Counted from the whole stretch's first letter, positions 11,991 to 25,224 are shown. The stretch is 63,199 bases of DNA, filler included, from Perkinsus olseni (GCA_013115125.1; 48 parts of 48 records of this genome joined end to end with filler, not necessarily neighbours in it), one strand, 5' to 3'. Program-made: numbers and translations. Notes: generated by a model not told the origin, from the sequence alone.

Positions 11991-12192
11991 NNNNNNNNNN
12001 NNNNNNNNNNNNNNNNNNNNNNNNNNNNNNNNNNTTAATTAATTAANNNNNNNNNNNNNNNNNNNNNNNNNNNNNNNNNNNNNNNNNNNNGTCACTTGTG
12101 ATAAGTCTGTTACGGTTTACTTATCGCTAAGCAAGTCACGCGTCTAAGTTCATTCACGCGCAGACCCTGGTTGTGCTGTAGAACCCTCACCA

Positions 12193-13251
12193 TTACAATG
12201 AGGCAGCACATCCGAAGTCCGTTCTTCCCCATTGCCGCTTAGCGAATGCGGCCAGGCTCTCGCAGGCGCTGTCGGTGCACTCGTGGTCAACCTTGCGGCG
12301 ACCCCCGACACCAGTAAGCGATGCGTTGTGGTCCAGACAGTTAGCGCATTTCTGCACCGGACCAGCGATGGCCTGAGCGGGGCAGGACTGCCTCTCGTGA
12401 CCAAAGGCTGCACATCTCGTGCAGCGAACCTTGGACGGGTCCTGCTTGTGAGGGCAAGCAGGCCCAATGTGTCCAATACCGCAGCACCTGAAGCACACCG
12501 CGGGAGACTTAGAAGTCGCCCAGCGGCTGCGCAGGTGATTCAGGACCAGGTGACCCTTTCCCTCGCCGCGACTCGAGAGTCGGGAGTAGAGGATGGGGTT
12601 CACCGATAATACCAAGTGCTGGCCGCGCCAATAGATGGTGCTGACCAGCGAAGTCGCAGGGGGGTTCACCGTCGATGAAGACGACGAGCTGGTGCCCCCG
12701 ATATCCTTGACCAAGTCCGTGTTGGTCTCCCGGATCATACGATCGACATGATCGATCGTGACCCCGCGGTTGACAGCAGGGTTGAACAGAATTATCCTGG
12801 GCCAGAGGCCAGATCTGACCTTGGCCGTGTACCCCTTAGCGCGGTTGAGAGCTTCCACGCACGCCCCGGCCTGAGTGTCGTCGCTGAGGACCAGACCAAG
12901 GCCTCCTTTCAGAGGGAAGGTAGAGTTGACGACGATCTTGCTTCCCAGCAAACCGAGGATCAGATTACGGAAGCCCATGAATTCCGAGGCGTTCATCTCT
13001 GGAGCGTCGACGTCGTCTGACCTCAGCTCAATAACGCAAGAGCGCTTAGTAGATTTCTTGGCCTTCTCTAAGGCAGCTCTCACCGGGCCAGGTGGGGCCT
13101 TTGCCTTGGCTTTCGCTTTCGCCTTCGGCACCGGTGGAGCCGGGGTTACGATCCTGCGGGGGTGGTCCGGTGTACCACCGGCAACTCGTTGTCGCTTACC
13201 GCCGCCAGCTGCAGGCGCGACGGCCACGATCGTCCTCGGGACGTTATACAA
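12193..13251 (-). CDS. Non-LTR retrotransposon ORF1 (gag-like, three zinc knuckles)
   Basis: CFRCCGIGHIGPAC..CTRCAAFGHERQSC..CANC..H....C, the I/Jockey/R1/Tad-type ORF1 layout. Confidence 0.8.
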   Translation of the reverse strand: MYNVPRTIVAVAPAAGGGKRQRVAGGTPDHPRRIVTPAPPVPKAKAKAKAKAPPGPVRAALEKAKKSTKRSCVIELRSDDVDAPEMNASEFMGFRNLILGLLGSKIVVNSTFPLKGGLGLVLSDDTQAGACVEALNRAKGYTAKVRSGLWPRIILFNPAVNRGVTIDHVDRMIRETNTDLVKDIGGTSSSSSSTVNPPATSLVSTIYWRGQHLVLSVNPILYSRLSSRGEGKGHLVLNHLRSRWATSKSPAVCFRCCGIGHIGPACPHKQDPSKVRCTRCAAFGHERQSCPAQAIAGPVQKCANCLDHNASLTGVGGRRKVDHECTDSACESLAAFAKRQWGRTDFGCAASL

Positions 13252-13426
13252 TCCGGAAAGGAGCTATCAATACCATATCACGAGTAAATTGTAATCTCTC
13301 AATGTCGGGCTCCCCGGAGTCAGAGCNNNNNNNNNNNNNNNNNNNNNNNNNNNNNNNNNNNNNNNNNNNNTTAATTAATTAANNNNNNNNNNNNNNNNNN
13401 NNNNNNNNNNNNNNNNNNNNNNNNNN

Positions 13427-13497
13427 CCTGCATCGCAACACAATGAATGTCTAACTCGAGATCGCACGTCTAGCGGCTTTGCTGCGAGTGTGGCTAG
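13427..13497 (+). mobile_element. Right end of GTG...CTAG element (type A)
   Basis: Near-identical to 31829-31896(rc), 40071-40141 and 56836-56905; ends GTGTGGCTAG|GT and truncates an integrase tail. Confidence 0.85.
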
Positions 13498-14661
13498 GTG
13501 GAGCCAAACCTGCTTCCGGGGAAGCTGGGGACTGCACCAAGGAAGGTCGGGCCGAAGATGCTCGTGACGGTACCGAAGGAGGCTCCTCATCAGTTGCCTC
13601 CTCCATCTCGGGGACCTCAGGGATCTCCGGGGCCAACATCTCATCTCGCTGCACACCAGAGTCTTGAGAGTCAGGGCTCCGTACATCAGCAACCTCGTCA
13701 TTAACCAACAGTTGCGATGCCATCTGGCGTTGAACAGGGCCGGGTCGAACTTCGACACCATGTAGTCTCCAACCAAGCGTTGCATCTGGGGCAAGAGGTA
13801 CCGGAATTGGGCTTGATAGGACAACCGACTCCGCTTCTCGGGCCGAAGCATAGTCACGACCTTGAGGGGGAGTAAACACATCTTCCGGGACCTCATCACC
13901 AAGTCGTCGAAAGGGGAAGCTCGGCGCAGAAGGGGCTTCTTCTACCGGAGGATCCATACGCACAACGCCAAGTTGAGGAGGCACTGCATGAGGCTGAACC
14001 GGATCAGCCAACAAGAAGTCAGTGGAGATGACCTTCTCGGCCAGATCAGGGAAGTGTCGTAGGACCACCGTCTTGTTGTTGACACCTTGGATAAGCTTCA
14101 CGATGTACCAGTCGGGCTGCCACTTGGGAAGGAGCTTGTAACCAGGCTCACGGCCAGAGCGGAAGAGCTTGACTCGAACACGTTGTCCAACATACAGTCG
14201 TTGTCGAGAACGTTCTTGTTCCATAGCTCTACGATGAGGAGCTCCGCCAGCGGTAACCCATTCATCCACCACGTCAGCAATCGTAGCACGAGCTCGGGCC
14301 AAATACTCGGCGTAACCGTCAGGGTCGTACATCAGCGAGGAGAACTGGCTCAAACTAGGTAGCAGAGTCTGAGGAGGCTCTCTACCAAACATCAGGTAAT
14401 ACGGAGAAAACCCAGTGCTTGAATGAGGACAAGTGTTGTACTGCCACAGTACAGGCCGAAGATGTCCTTGCCAATCTCCCACACGTTGAGTATAGGCTCG
14501 TAACAGGTTGAGGATGGTGGAGTTGAACCGCTCGACATAGCCATTGGAGTTGGGATGATGAGGGGTAGAGCGAGCCTTCGCCACTCCCAGAATCTTCATG
14601 GCATCCGCGAAGACTTGGCTCTCAAAGGCACTTCCTTGGTCGCTGAGGAGGCGAGTAGGCG
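13498..14661 (-). CDS. Ty3/Gypsy integrase core and C-terminal tail
   Basis: LLSDQGSAF, STPHHPNSNGYVERFN, YNT.PHSSTGFSPY.LMFGREP, KLLPKW. Confidence 0.93.
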
Positions 14662-14761
14662 NNNNNNNNNNNNNNNNNNNNNNNNNNNNNNNNNNNNNNN
14701 NNNNNTTAATTAATTAANNNNNNNNNNNNNNNNNNNNNNNNNNNNNNNNNNNNNNNNNNNN

Positions 14762-15025
14762 AGCCCAACAGAAGAATAGGATTACCGGGGTCAGCGGAGC
14801 CCGCATGAGTGAGTACAGGTTGGAGTCGCATGCCCTTGGGCAAATTCCTTTTAGGAACCACCGTTATACGAGCACCAGAGTCGATAAGAGCCCTAACAAA
14901 CGGAGTACGGGCTTCTCCAGCAGATAAACGGGCAAAAATAAACGGACCATTAGCCTCACCAAAAGTACAGAGAGAAATCGGTGCCGACGACCGGGAGCCG
15001 CAATCCGGCCGTCGAATTAGTTTCC
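14762..15025 (-). CDS. Retroviral-type aspartic protease, -1 frame relative to gag
   Basis: Open frame GKLIRRPDCG...VRALIDSGARITVVP. Confidence 0.85.
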
Positions 15026-15026
15026 C
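14985..15026 (-). promoter_or_regulatory. -1 programmed ribosomal frameshift signal
   Basis: G GGA AAC slippery heptamer directly before the gag stop, 5-nt spacer, then a 10-bp stem with a 10-nt loop. Confidence 0.85.
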
Positions 15027-15982
15027 GAAAGAACGGGAACATTGCCCTGTATACCAGCCAAAAAGGTAGGACGGAGCGGGCAGTTACGGGCAAAGTGCTC
15101 TGTGTTACCGCAGATTGCGCAACCGGTAGAGAACTTCTTGTGCTGGCACTCCAAGGTAAGGTGCGGGCCTGCACATATACCACACCTTCGAGGACCTCGG
15201 CGTCGTAGTTGACCGTTCTGCGGAACTTGTCCGCTAAATTGGCGTTGTTGTGGAGTACCCAAGACAGCACAGAGGCGATCAAACTGCTCGACCTGCCGCG
15301 TTTGAGCACCCTCAAACGCTCCAAGTAACTTCGACAACATCTCGATGCTGGCATCTAACTTAGGTTCAATAGAGCGGACGGCATTAACACCAGTCTGGTC
15401 ACTATTGTCGACGTAGGCACCCAAAAGATCGCAAACATCAGCAGCAGTTCGGGGGCGTGCTCGGCGGATTTCAGCCTTCGCCGCACCTGTGGCCAACTTC
15501 GACAACTTCTCGACCAACAACGTCTCCCTAGCAGGTGAAGACAACCGATTCTCGGGCTTCAACAAGTCATTGTACTCGTTCAGATACCGTGAAAGAGCGG
15601 CCGCGTAAACGGACAGAGGTTGGATACGATCCCACTGATAGTTATCAAACCGACTCCAAGCTTCATCAGGTAAGCGGCACTTCTCAAAGGTCTTGATGAG
15701 AACTGCCTTGTCCGCTTCATAATTGGTCTTGGAGCACTGGGTCTTCCAAACGTTAGCCGGATCACCAGTGAGGAAGGCACCTAGGAAACGGGCACGTGAA
15801 TGATCATCGTAAAGGTTACCATAGGTGTAGAGCTCGTAGGACTCGAACCAATCCCTGATACTGTCCGTAGGCTTATTAGCAAACTTTTCGGGAACGGGCA
15901 CGAAAAGTCTCTTAGTCCGGGCGGGAAGACTACGGTCAGTAGGTCCTCCTGGAGGACTCGAAGTAGAATCAGTCGTAACCAT
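15017..15982 (-). CDS. Ty3/Gypsy gag
   Basis: PEKF...WFESYE capsid-like motif and two zinc knuckles (CGICAGPHLTLEC, CAICGNTEHFARNC). Confidence 0.88.
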   Translation of the reverse strand: MVTTDSTSSPPGGPTDRSLPARTKRLFVPVPEKFANKPTDSIRDWFESYELYTYGNLYDDHSRARFLGAFLTGDPANVWKTQCSKTNYEADKAVLIKTFEKCRLPDEAWSRFDNYQWDRIQPLSVYAAALSRYLNEYNDLLKPENRLSSPARETLLVEKLSKLATGAAKAEIRRARPRTAADVCDLLGAYVDNSDQTGVNAVRSIEPKLDASIEMLSKLLGAFEGAQTRQVEQFDRLCAVLGTPQQRQFSGQVPQNGQLRRRGPRRCGICAGPHLTLECQHKKFSTGCAICGNTEHFARNCPLRPTFLAGIQGNVPVLSGN

Positions 15983-16184
15983 AGGCGTATTAGTAGNNNN
16001 NNNNNNNNNNNNNNNNNNNNNNNNNNNNNNNNNNNNNNNNTTAATTAATTAANNNNNNNNNNNNNNNNNNNNNNNNNNNNNNNNNNNNNNNNNNNNTTCT
16101 AAACATACCATAGGAGCAACTTCTTCAACCGCGGACGGGATGTGGTAGACGTCTCACCATAGCCCGTAGAGGTGACATGAGGTC

Positions 16185-16830
16185 GGATCCACCTTGTTGA
16201 AAACCGAACGGTCCCGTGTGACCGTCGTTGAAGGCAACTGTCGGACTACCATCAACATCCTCAATGTCGGTGTCGGTCTCACCATGCTGAGACCATGCGA
16301 TCCCGTTGATCGCGAAATTTAGACGTCTAGACGTCAGGACCGGATCCACCGTGTTGAAACCCGAATGGTCCCTGTAACCATCGTCAACGATAACTGCCGG
16401 ACTACCGTTGAACGTCCTGAGCGTCGAACTTAGTGGAGGCTGGTTTCACCGTGTTGAAACCACGTGAACCCTTGCGTTCACGGCTGTGTGGCAACGATCG
16501 TAATACCACACAACTGACCTCGTCGTACTTCTATGCCAACTCGCAGTAGAGGACCGTAAGTGTGTCGTGGAACACACTGTAGGGGTAGTAGAGCGGGTCA
16601 ACGTAGAAACCAGGCTCACGACGTCGTCCACTTGAAGCTAGATCACACCATGTTGTAATCGTACGATCCCTTGCGATCGTGCTCTGCTGGCAACGGTCGG
16701 ACTACCATGCAGGTAAGCTTCAAATATAGACGTCGTTGTCTTGCCGTCGTGAATGACGTTGAGACCTGACTTCACCTTGTTGATAGTCACATGATCCCGG
16801 TGATCATGACTAGACGAAGACTGCCATGTC
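16185..16830. repeat. Degenerate direct repeats, ~100-200 bp spacing
   Basis: Recurring CACC.TGTTGAAA..CG..(C/T)GGTCCC and CTG.CGGACTACC blocks near 16190, 16347, 16447, 16647 and 16773. Confidence 0.6.
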
Positions 16831-18761
16831 AGTAACCGTCAGTAATCTCGGTGCCATCACGTAGTATCCGCTAAGGTAGACATCAGAGTAGGAACATTAG
16901 CTTTCGAAGTTGAGGTTCTAGTGTGAGGTTGGGACCGGTCATCTCTCGTCGTCAGTGATCCATGTTACCGTGCGGTCATAGGGTGAGGGAACTCCAGTCG
17001 TAAACGACTGGAGCTGCCTCTGTAGTTGTTGTTGTGGACGTAGATCAGACCGCAATAGTTGAAGCCTGTGTCGTCTTGACATCTAACCACCTCGTGGTGC
17101 GCATCCACGTTCTCTGCTTGCTGGCTTGTAGATAGCGGAACAAAGAGGGCCAGTCAGTGTAGCGCTTGTAGTCGCAGCATGCAGTGACCAGTGGTAGAGT
17201 CGTGACGACATAGGAGGATCATAGACGTCATGGGAGACAACGCAATCCCGGTAGAATGCGCGGTCGCGGGGTGAGCCTTGCAGGAAAAACGCAGAAATAG
17301 ACGTCGACCCCGCGTAGTGGAGCGAAGGTNNNNNNNNNNNNNNNNNNNNNNNNNNNNNNNNNNNNNNNNNNNNTTAATTAATTAANNNNNNNNNNNNNNN
17401 NNNNNNNNNNNNNNNNNNNNNNNNNNNNNGCACGTGGTGAGCCGTTCGCGACCCGATGCGCTCATGCCGGGCACTTCGGAGGTACGCACAGTATTGGGCT
17501 GTGTAGTACCATTTATTTTCTCCAGATCGGATAACAGAATCGCCAAAGACATTATTCCTTCAAGACGCTTCTCGCGTGACATTCTCGAGTTGTGTTAGGA
17601 GTATGAACTCCTCGCGGCCGCTCGGCTTCGCACCACTTTGGAAATTGAGTCATCCGAACGTCCTGATACAATTCACGCGCTTCCCGAATGACTGACAATC
17701 CTCAATATATCAATAATTATTCGCCCTGCGATGCGAGTAATGGCCACCCAAAAGGCTTCGAAGGGTCTCTAGATTCCGAGTGCTGGGCTCGGAGCGCAAC
17801 TAGTTGTCTCATATCGCTCACAGCCTAGCCGCGCCAGTCGATGCTTCACAACGGAACAAAGACAACATGAATCGAAAAGAACATCATTTTACAGGCTCCA
17901 TGATTCAACCGAACAACCTGGTACAAACACTCCGATACTTCGCATACATCATCCTCCACCATCTCCCAGTTGTATCAAGTTCCCCTCTACTGCTACTATT
18001 ACCAACCAGGAGGTTGTCTGATGCCAAATCAACCGAATACCTCTCAATCCACCATGACAAAGCCGATAGAGACACCTGATGGGAGCCAGCCCATCTCATT
18101 GCCCAGTAGAACTAGCTGCGAGAGACCCTCGCCGGGATACCATTCAACCACAACCATTCCGAAAATACTGGGATTCCCTTAGATGCGCATTATGGTGTGA
18201 ACTACTACCAAACGCGATTCGCAAGGTTACTCTCGTCGGTCCGCAGACACGATGCTACCAATTTTAGTCACGTTACATCATCGTGTACGAGCGAGGTGAA
18301 GCGTACGACTCAGATCGAGTGATTGCCGAATGTTCAACAGCGAGACCACACCATTACTCACTTTCGTTTCTTCTCCACTGTCAGCCGCTCTCGACGGCTC
18401 AGCCCTGAGCACAGCTCGAAAGAATTCTGCCACCTGAAAGCTGACGATACCGCCCGCAAGTATACTAACCGCAGCACCATCACCTCAGACTCTCGCAACG
18501 GCGTTCTTAATCGCTCAAGGATACTCTTCTGGAATATCTTCGGTGTGATCTCTTCTTTATTATCACTGACCTTAAACACCCGCGCTAGCCACTTGTGGCA
18601 AGCTGGGGCATCGAAAGATGATTCCAAGTACTCCAGAACTGCCTGAGCATTATAAAACCGANNNNNNNNNNNNNNNNNNNNNNNNNNNNNNNNNNNNNNN
18701 NNNNNTTAATTAATTAANNNNNNNNNNNNNNNNNNNNNNNNNNNNNNNNNNNNNNNNNNNN

Positions 18762-19168
18762 CTTCTGAGGAAGATGATACTGAAGATAGAAGGATAGTTG
18801 ATGTCCCCTCTCTAAGAGAACGCTTAGGTAGTGCTGAAGGGTTACGCTTCGGTAAATTCCTAAGGATTAAGCCACCCAAGGATTCGGTTGTGATCACAGT
18901 AGGAGAAGATTATGTAGGGATGGCAGTCGTTCTCGAGTGTGAGGAAGAGGATAATGAAGATAAGGTTCTCCTTCGGCCGACGAAGGTTGAATTATTTGAT
19001 GGTTGCATCACGGTTAAGAAGGTTGAGGATGTTGACTTGGTGAATGCCGAGTTGGACTCTCTCATCTATGTGTGCCCTGACAGTCGTCGTTGGACTCGCA
19101 GGAGGAGTAAGGAGGTGCTGCAACTGTTGGAGGACATCAACGCCAGGGGCTTCGGCTCCACTATATAG
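18762..19168 (+). CDS. Possible C-terminal tail of an LTR pol/integrase
   Basis: Beta-rich segment ending SRRWTRRRSKE, like the RQLTRKSRD ending of the integrase at 47788-48813. Confidence 0.3.
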
Positions 19169-20092
19169 CTTACAATTACCGTATTGTAGCGACTATTGTT
19201 ATTTGACTATTGTTGTTACGGCTAACCCTGACTATCGTTACTGATTTTTATTGAGACTGTACGGCAGTAAAGTTGCTGCAGTATAGTTATTATTGAGGCG
19301 CCCAATTGCTTAGGGTGTTCATCTTGTTTGCACCGTGTTATGGTGTAGGCGACTAGTTGCGCACATCTTGCGGTCTTGATCTATCTTGGGATTCCTTAAC
19401 GACGGTCGCGCGTCCGTTGGTTCCTAAGTGAGACGGTGCTCCTTAAGGGCGGTTATTTAGCCCCGGGTTGGGAGCTGGTCTTTATTGCGTAGCCGACAGT
19501 CCACTCGTATGGCGGAAAGCGGTTAGGGCGTTTAGACTGGTCTTATCGTTGCGAAATCGTTTGAAACGGCTGCTGGAGGTTCGCAACCTTTGAAGGTCTC
19601 GCTCTATTAATACCGTGAGGGAGTTTAATATTCCTTTTGGACGTTAAGGGTTTTGGTTATTGTTTTCTACTGCATTGCTCTTTGCAGTAGTGTTGCCCCT
19701 TGAGGTCCTACCCACGGATTTTTACGCTTTCTTATGGTTGATAATCTGGACAAGGCTATTACGAAGATTGTCGAAGTGGTTTCCGAAGGCCGTATTTTGA
19801 AGCCGGAGGAGGTCTTGGCTATGGTTGAAGATGTTGATTATTATGCTGAGGCTGAATCTATGGTCAAGATGGTCGAGGAAGCTAAGAAGAATGGTATGGA
19901 TTTCGCTGTTCGCTGCATGTGTGAATTGACGCCCGACTGCTCAACAGGAGTACTCATGTAGGAAAGTGTGGTACTGAGACCGTAACCGCTGTNNNNNNNN
20001 NNNNNNNNNNNNNNNNNNNNNNNNNNNNNNNNNNNNTTAATTAATTAANNNNNNNNNNNNNNNNNNNNNNNNNNNNNNNNNNNNNNNNNNNN

Positions 20093-21322
20093 CATCAGAA
20101 TGACCGATAGAGTGAGCCTTGCCAACCACACTGTCCGCCATCGCCGGAGGAACCACAGGTAAATACGGTGAAGTACCATCAGGTGCCCGTTGCCAATATA
20201 ACAATCCATCAATCACACGCAATTCATGCGATATTCTGGCAAGGTGGGTCTGTAACCGAGACTGAGGATCAATGTAACACCCCCTACGTAATCGCTTGAT
20301 CACGTACTGAATGTCATCATCAACTCTCTGTGCCTTACCAACAGCAACTTTATCCACCTCAAGTTTTAGCGGCAAGTCTGCGAAGCACGCATCACAAACG
20401 TGGCCATCGTTTGCAAAGTAACACTCGGCCGCTTGCACCACAACATTGGTAGATACCACCGTCTTCTCACCATAGTCTTCTCGCACACCATCTTGCTCAC
20501 TCACTCGTTGTAGTTGGTCACGATAATCCAATAACTTGGTCAGAAATGGATGCCTGGTCAACCTATCAGCAGAATTGACCTCTGTCGATACCACTTCAAT
20601 CTGTAACCTCAACCAATCAGACGGGGAATACAGTTCTTCGATAAGGGCCAAATATTTCTGCAATATTGGACAGACCTCTCTTCTCACATTCCCCGCCACA
20701 CGTCTTGTTCTCAATATCGTCGCCACAGTTGTATTATCAGTTTGTACGATAATAGCGGGAAACTTTTTCGGTGAAGCCATCTCCAACTCCTTGACTGCTG
20801 CAAGTCCCATATATGCCGCTTGGAGCTCCTTCACCGATATAGCTATATCAGCTTTAGTTCTTGCAAAGACCATCGAAGCCTCATCATATAGAGTACCTTC
20901 TTGCCGAAGTTCATATCCTGCAACCCACTTGCTCGCATCTGCAACCACAGTAATATCGCCTTGTAAATTGTAACGACGCGGTAAATAAAGAGTACCGGCT
21001 TCTAACACCAGAGCGTGCCACTCACATAGTAGCTTCTCCAATTCACCGGAAACTTTAGCACTCCATGGGACTTGTAGCGAATGCAGCTCTCGTGAAACCA
21101 GACCTTGTAGTATATGCTTGAAGAGGCTGTTCCATGCACCAGTAACCACCAAGTCTGGGAGTTTACCCAGCAAGGACAGCGCACCACTGTATGATACCGA
21201 AGACACCGTCGTCAAGGCATCTCGGAACTTGACCCATTGCACATCAGGAAACTTGATAAACTGGCCACAGTCAGTGTAGACTACACCTAGAGCGGAAACA
21301 TCGCCTGGCAATACATTGATGT
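20093..21322 (-). CDS. Divergent LTR pol (RT C-terminus, RNase H, start of integrase)
   Basis: ADASKWVAGY, ISVKEL.AA, TDN, NSADRLTR, then Q..DD and DGLLY...PVVP...AH..GH. Confidence 0.85.
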
Positions 21323-22580
21323 NNNNNNNNNNNNNNNNNNNNNNNNNNNNNNNNNNNNNNNNNNNNTTAATTAATTAANNNNNNNNNNNNNNNNNNNNNN
21401 NNNNNNNNNNNNNNNNNNNNNNCATGTCAAAGCTTCGTACCAACAGAGTTATCTCAATTTTAGCGATTTGCATATCAAAATGGCACACACTGTAGAGTAG
21501 TCCACTGATGAGTGCTGTCGTCGTTGATTATTGTTATCATCATCAGGATATTATGGGAGAATATGTATTATATGAAAGATCCTTCATTCTAACCTCAATT
21601 ATCAAAGCTATTCATGAAGATAGGATAGATATCGATGATCCACAACAGATGACATCAAGTAGTACACCACCACATACAGCTGATGATGATGTTCATGTTG
21701 ATAGTATTATTATTAGTCTACTTCTCTTGCAGGTGTTGTTGATGATGTATTCTTTGTACTACATAAAGCAATACAACGATCATTATCTACTGCTGATATT
21801 GACTCATCATGTGCTGTTATTAATCATATTGTGCAAGTACTTAGTAATGAGTATAAATCAATATGTCTCGATAGACCATTACAAGACTCTAAAAGGAATT
21901 TCGCATCATTCCTAGCACATAGGGTAATAATACAACACTTATTATCGGTAAACATCATCATCATCATTGCCATGATGATCAGGATTATATATTGGAAGCG
22001 ATAAGCGGAGAGAATGATGAGTCATTGGGGCAGGGCAACAATAGAATTGCTGTATCAACAGGATATGCTCATCCTCATACAGCACATCATCATCACCCAC
22101 TCTATCGAATGTACTACAACTGTTATTAGTTGATAGTAGTATAGAGTACGTGAACATCAGGTATAGACAGAGTGATGGAGAGACAGCATTAGATGTGGTG
22201 ACATCATCACAAAGTTGGCCTCATGCTCTATCTAATACAGCACTTAGTGCAGTGTAATAATAATACATGACCACTGCCTGGTCTACCACCAACAACCGCA
22301 TCATTGGTCATCTGCAGATATGTTGATAAGTTGAGAGAGTCGGCGGCGTCGGCGGCTCTTGCTACTGATAATGATGTTCATGATAAGAAAGAGATGTTCC
22401 TCCATACTATACAACAACTTGAACAGGTACTAGTCAAAGCAGCAGCCCTCATCATCATAACAACGATAATCGTCAGGTACGATCAGAGTTCGATGAGTTA
22501 ACCCACCTTGGATGTAAAATGTGTTTGCATCAAGTGAAGGTAGTAGTAGTAGTGGTAGTGTCGGTAGTTGTAACGATGCG

Positions 22581-22650
<70 letters not shown>

Positions 22651-22651
22651 G
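22581..22651. repeat. (GTT)n microsatellite at contig end
   Basis: Pure GTT run. Confidence 0.95.
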
Positions 22652-23682
22652 NNNNNNNNNNNNNNNNNNNNNNNNNNNNNNNNNNNNNNNNNNNNTTAAT
22701 TAATTAANNNNNNNNNNNNNNNNNNNNNNNNNNNNNNNNNNNNNNNNNNNNGAATGGGGGAAAAAGGAGACAATCTACACAATTGTCGAGACTTCATCAT
22801 TTGTGTCCTTTTGGGACGCAACAGTTTCGTCCTCTTCAAAAGAGCCGAACTCTTGCTCAATGAAATCGATCACGGCAGAGCATAAGCCCCTTGGTTTATT
22901 AACTGTGATTCGACTAGTTGGCGTTTCATCGAGTTCCCGGAGGAGAGCCGTAGGCCCCAGTCCTCTCGCTGCCTCGTACAAGCTGATTCTCTCTTTATGC
23001 ACACGAGAAGGGCGCAGCGCCCCGAGTGGATCTAGTCCTGTTCCCTGGGGCACACCGTTTGAAATCGTGCATCTTGCGGTCAAAGACCTCACCGCTGCCG
23101 TTAGAGAACCACGTGAGGACGGGGCTGAGCCCGTCATTAGAAAGGAAGCAGTCCGAATGCTTTAGGAGACGCTATCAAATGGAACGTTGAAGACGCCAGC
23201 GGGCTCTCGGCGTCTGCGGGGGGCACGCCTCACACCATTTCAGAGACCAGAGCGCTTTGACGAGAAACACCCTATGGGGCGATAGCGGAACATATATCTC
23301 GGCGGACCGCAGTAAGGCACTTATGCTAACGTCTGCGGGTCAAGGCCAAGGTGATTGCTCGACTCACACCGTGATCGCAAGAATCTTCATCATAAACATC
23401 TTCAAGATATGGGTGAGTTGAGAAAGATGATCGCGCCCTTGGGGCAGGGCTCCTGCCGCTGCCTGCGGCCCGCGGGGGCCTTGACTACAAAACTCGACGC
23501 TGCGTCGGTCCCGAAGTAATGAGAAATAGCTCCCGCTCAAACAGATCAAATAGAATATGGTTTTCTACTAGGGCTCCGACTATTCAATACTCACTTTAAT
23601 AATCAACATCCACTAACGCTTCAGCATGCTAAATCGACTTTCGATAAATATAAGCGAAAAGCGACGAAAATAAATCAGCGCG

Positions 23683-23974
23683 CTACAACATCTGCGCGCA
23701 TGTGCGGATTTGATCCGGTAGACTAGGTGAGGACGATCGAGCAATCTCAATTCCTCCTAATGTGAAGTCGTAGCGGGCGTAGACAAAATAAATGTTTTCC
23801 TCTGAGAGCATCAGTCACAGCACAGCGATGACCTCCCCTGTGCTTACGGGTGATTCTCTTGAACTTGGTTTTCTCATACAGCGCAATGGCGGTCGCTTTG
23901 GTCGTCTGCACGAGAAGGTACATGGCGACAACATCGCGTTTCTGTGCTGCGATTTGAGATGATAGAAATGTCTC
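23683..23974 (-). CDS. GNAT acetyltransferase C-terminus, 2 exons
   Basis: AMYLLVQTTKATAIALYEKTKF resembles GNAT motif B; a GTAAG..CAG intron keeps the frame into ENIYFVYARY. Confidence 0.55.
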
Positions 23975-24533
23975 NNNNNNNNNNNNNNNNNNNNNNNNNN
24001 NNNNNNNNNNNNNNNNNNTTAATTAATTAANNNNNNNNNNNNNNNNNNNNNNNNNNNNNNNNNNNNNNNNNNNNGGAAGAATTTGTGCCACGGGAAAAAG
24101 ATTTGTGGCGCGCGCGGAAGAATTTGTGCCGGAAGAAAAATGGTACGTACTGACGAGGGAAAGCCTGTGGTTGCGTTTTGTCTGAGGTGGTACTGTCGTG
24201 TTGTTAATACTACAGTGGTGAGTCAGACGTTTGGTGTTCGTGTTGGGTTGTTCATATACGCTTTGACGGAGGAGAAGTATTCCGTACTACGCAGTACGGA
24301 CGCACAAAACTACACTACCCCGATGTGATGACATAATTGGTAGGCTCACCGCCGTTTCCACCACCATGCAATACAACAACAGTCAATGTTAAGGAAAAGC
24401 AGCACAAACTTGGAAGCGATGATGCTATGATAACAACAACATAAGAAAGCAGTCGAACAGTACATTAATAGTACTTGAATGATGATTATGATGATAAGAG
24501 TTATAGTGATGACTGAGTGCAAAGACCCCACGA

Positions 24534-25224
24534 TTATTTGGTAGGCTTGTTGTTGTTCCTGTTCTTGTTGCTATCATTGCTACCCTTCTTAGTCCTTCTA
24601 TTATTATCATCATCAACTGTCTTATCATCACCATTGTCTTGATATGATGATACGCTCAATACATGACCACTGTCACCATTAACATCATCACCAATGTTAT
24701 CGTATACATCATGATCAATGATTGCTATATAATCTTGTATTGTATGAATAAGTTGTACCAATAATCCAGCCTCTATCTCTCTAACTTCCATCACTGGTAT
24801 TTGTAATAAACTCTTATCCCTCAACAAGGATACATCACCACCCTCTTGTAGCCTCCTGCTGGATTCTATCATATTCTTTGCGTTATAATCCTGAATGCTA
24901 CGTAGTAACGCTTTAGCAGCATATAGCTCTAATTTATACGATAATCTGCCATTGATAACAACCGCCATATCAACCCCCTTCTTATTGGTAGTATTATTTT
25001 TCAATTCATTATTGCCATGAGTATTATTATTATTATTATTATTATTATCGTAGTAACCATGATGTAGTAGGGCGTATAATCTGAAGCAAGGTAATAGTCT
25101 CTCATCCACTACTAGCTGGCCCTCCTCTCTTGATAACCAGAATCTCATCTCAATATCATCATCATCATCATCATCACCATTGATGTTCATAACAGGGCAT
25201 CCATACTGACCCCAAGCAGTGGTC
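24534..25224 (-). CDS. N/D-rich hypothetical protein, possibly SET/Rubisco-LSMT substrate-binding-like C-terminus
   Basis: LLPCFRL...LSYKLELYAAKAL...VREIEAGLL; weak pattern match only. Confidence 0.3.

Noticed and set aside
13427-13497. Recurrent 70-mer as an adapter ligated at BfaI (CTAG) sites
   Set aside because: Copies carry substitutions, diverged relatives keep the hairpins, left junctions use CTTG/CTCG/CTGG, and a T two bases downstream is constant. A UniVec screen is still advisable.
17430-17503. CACAG-type (Transib/Chapaev) terminus on the minus strand
   Set aside because: Single occurrence with no partner end or target duplication
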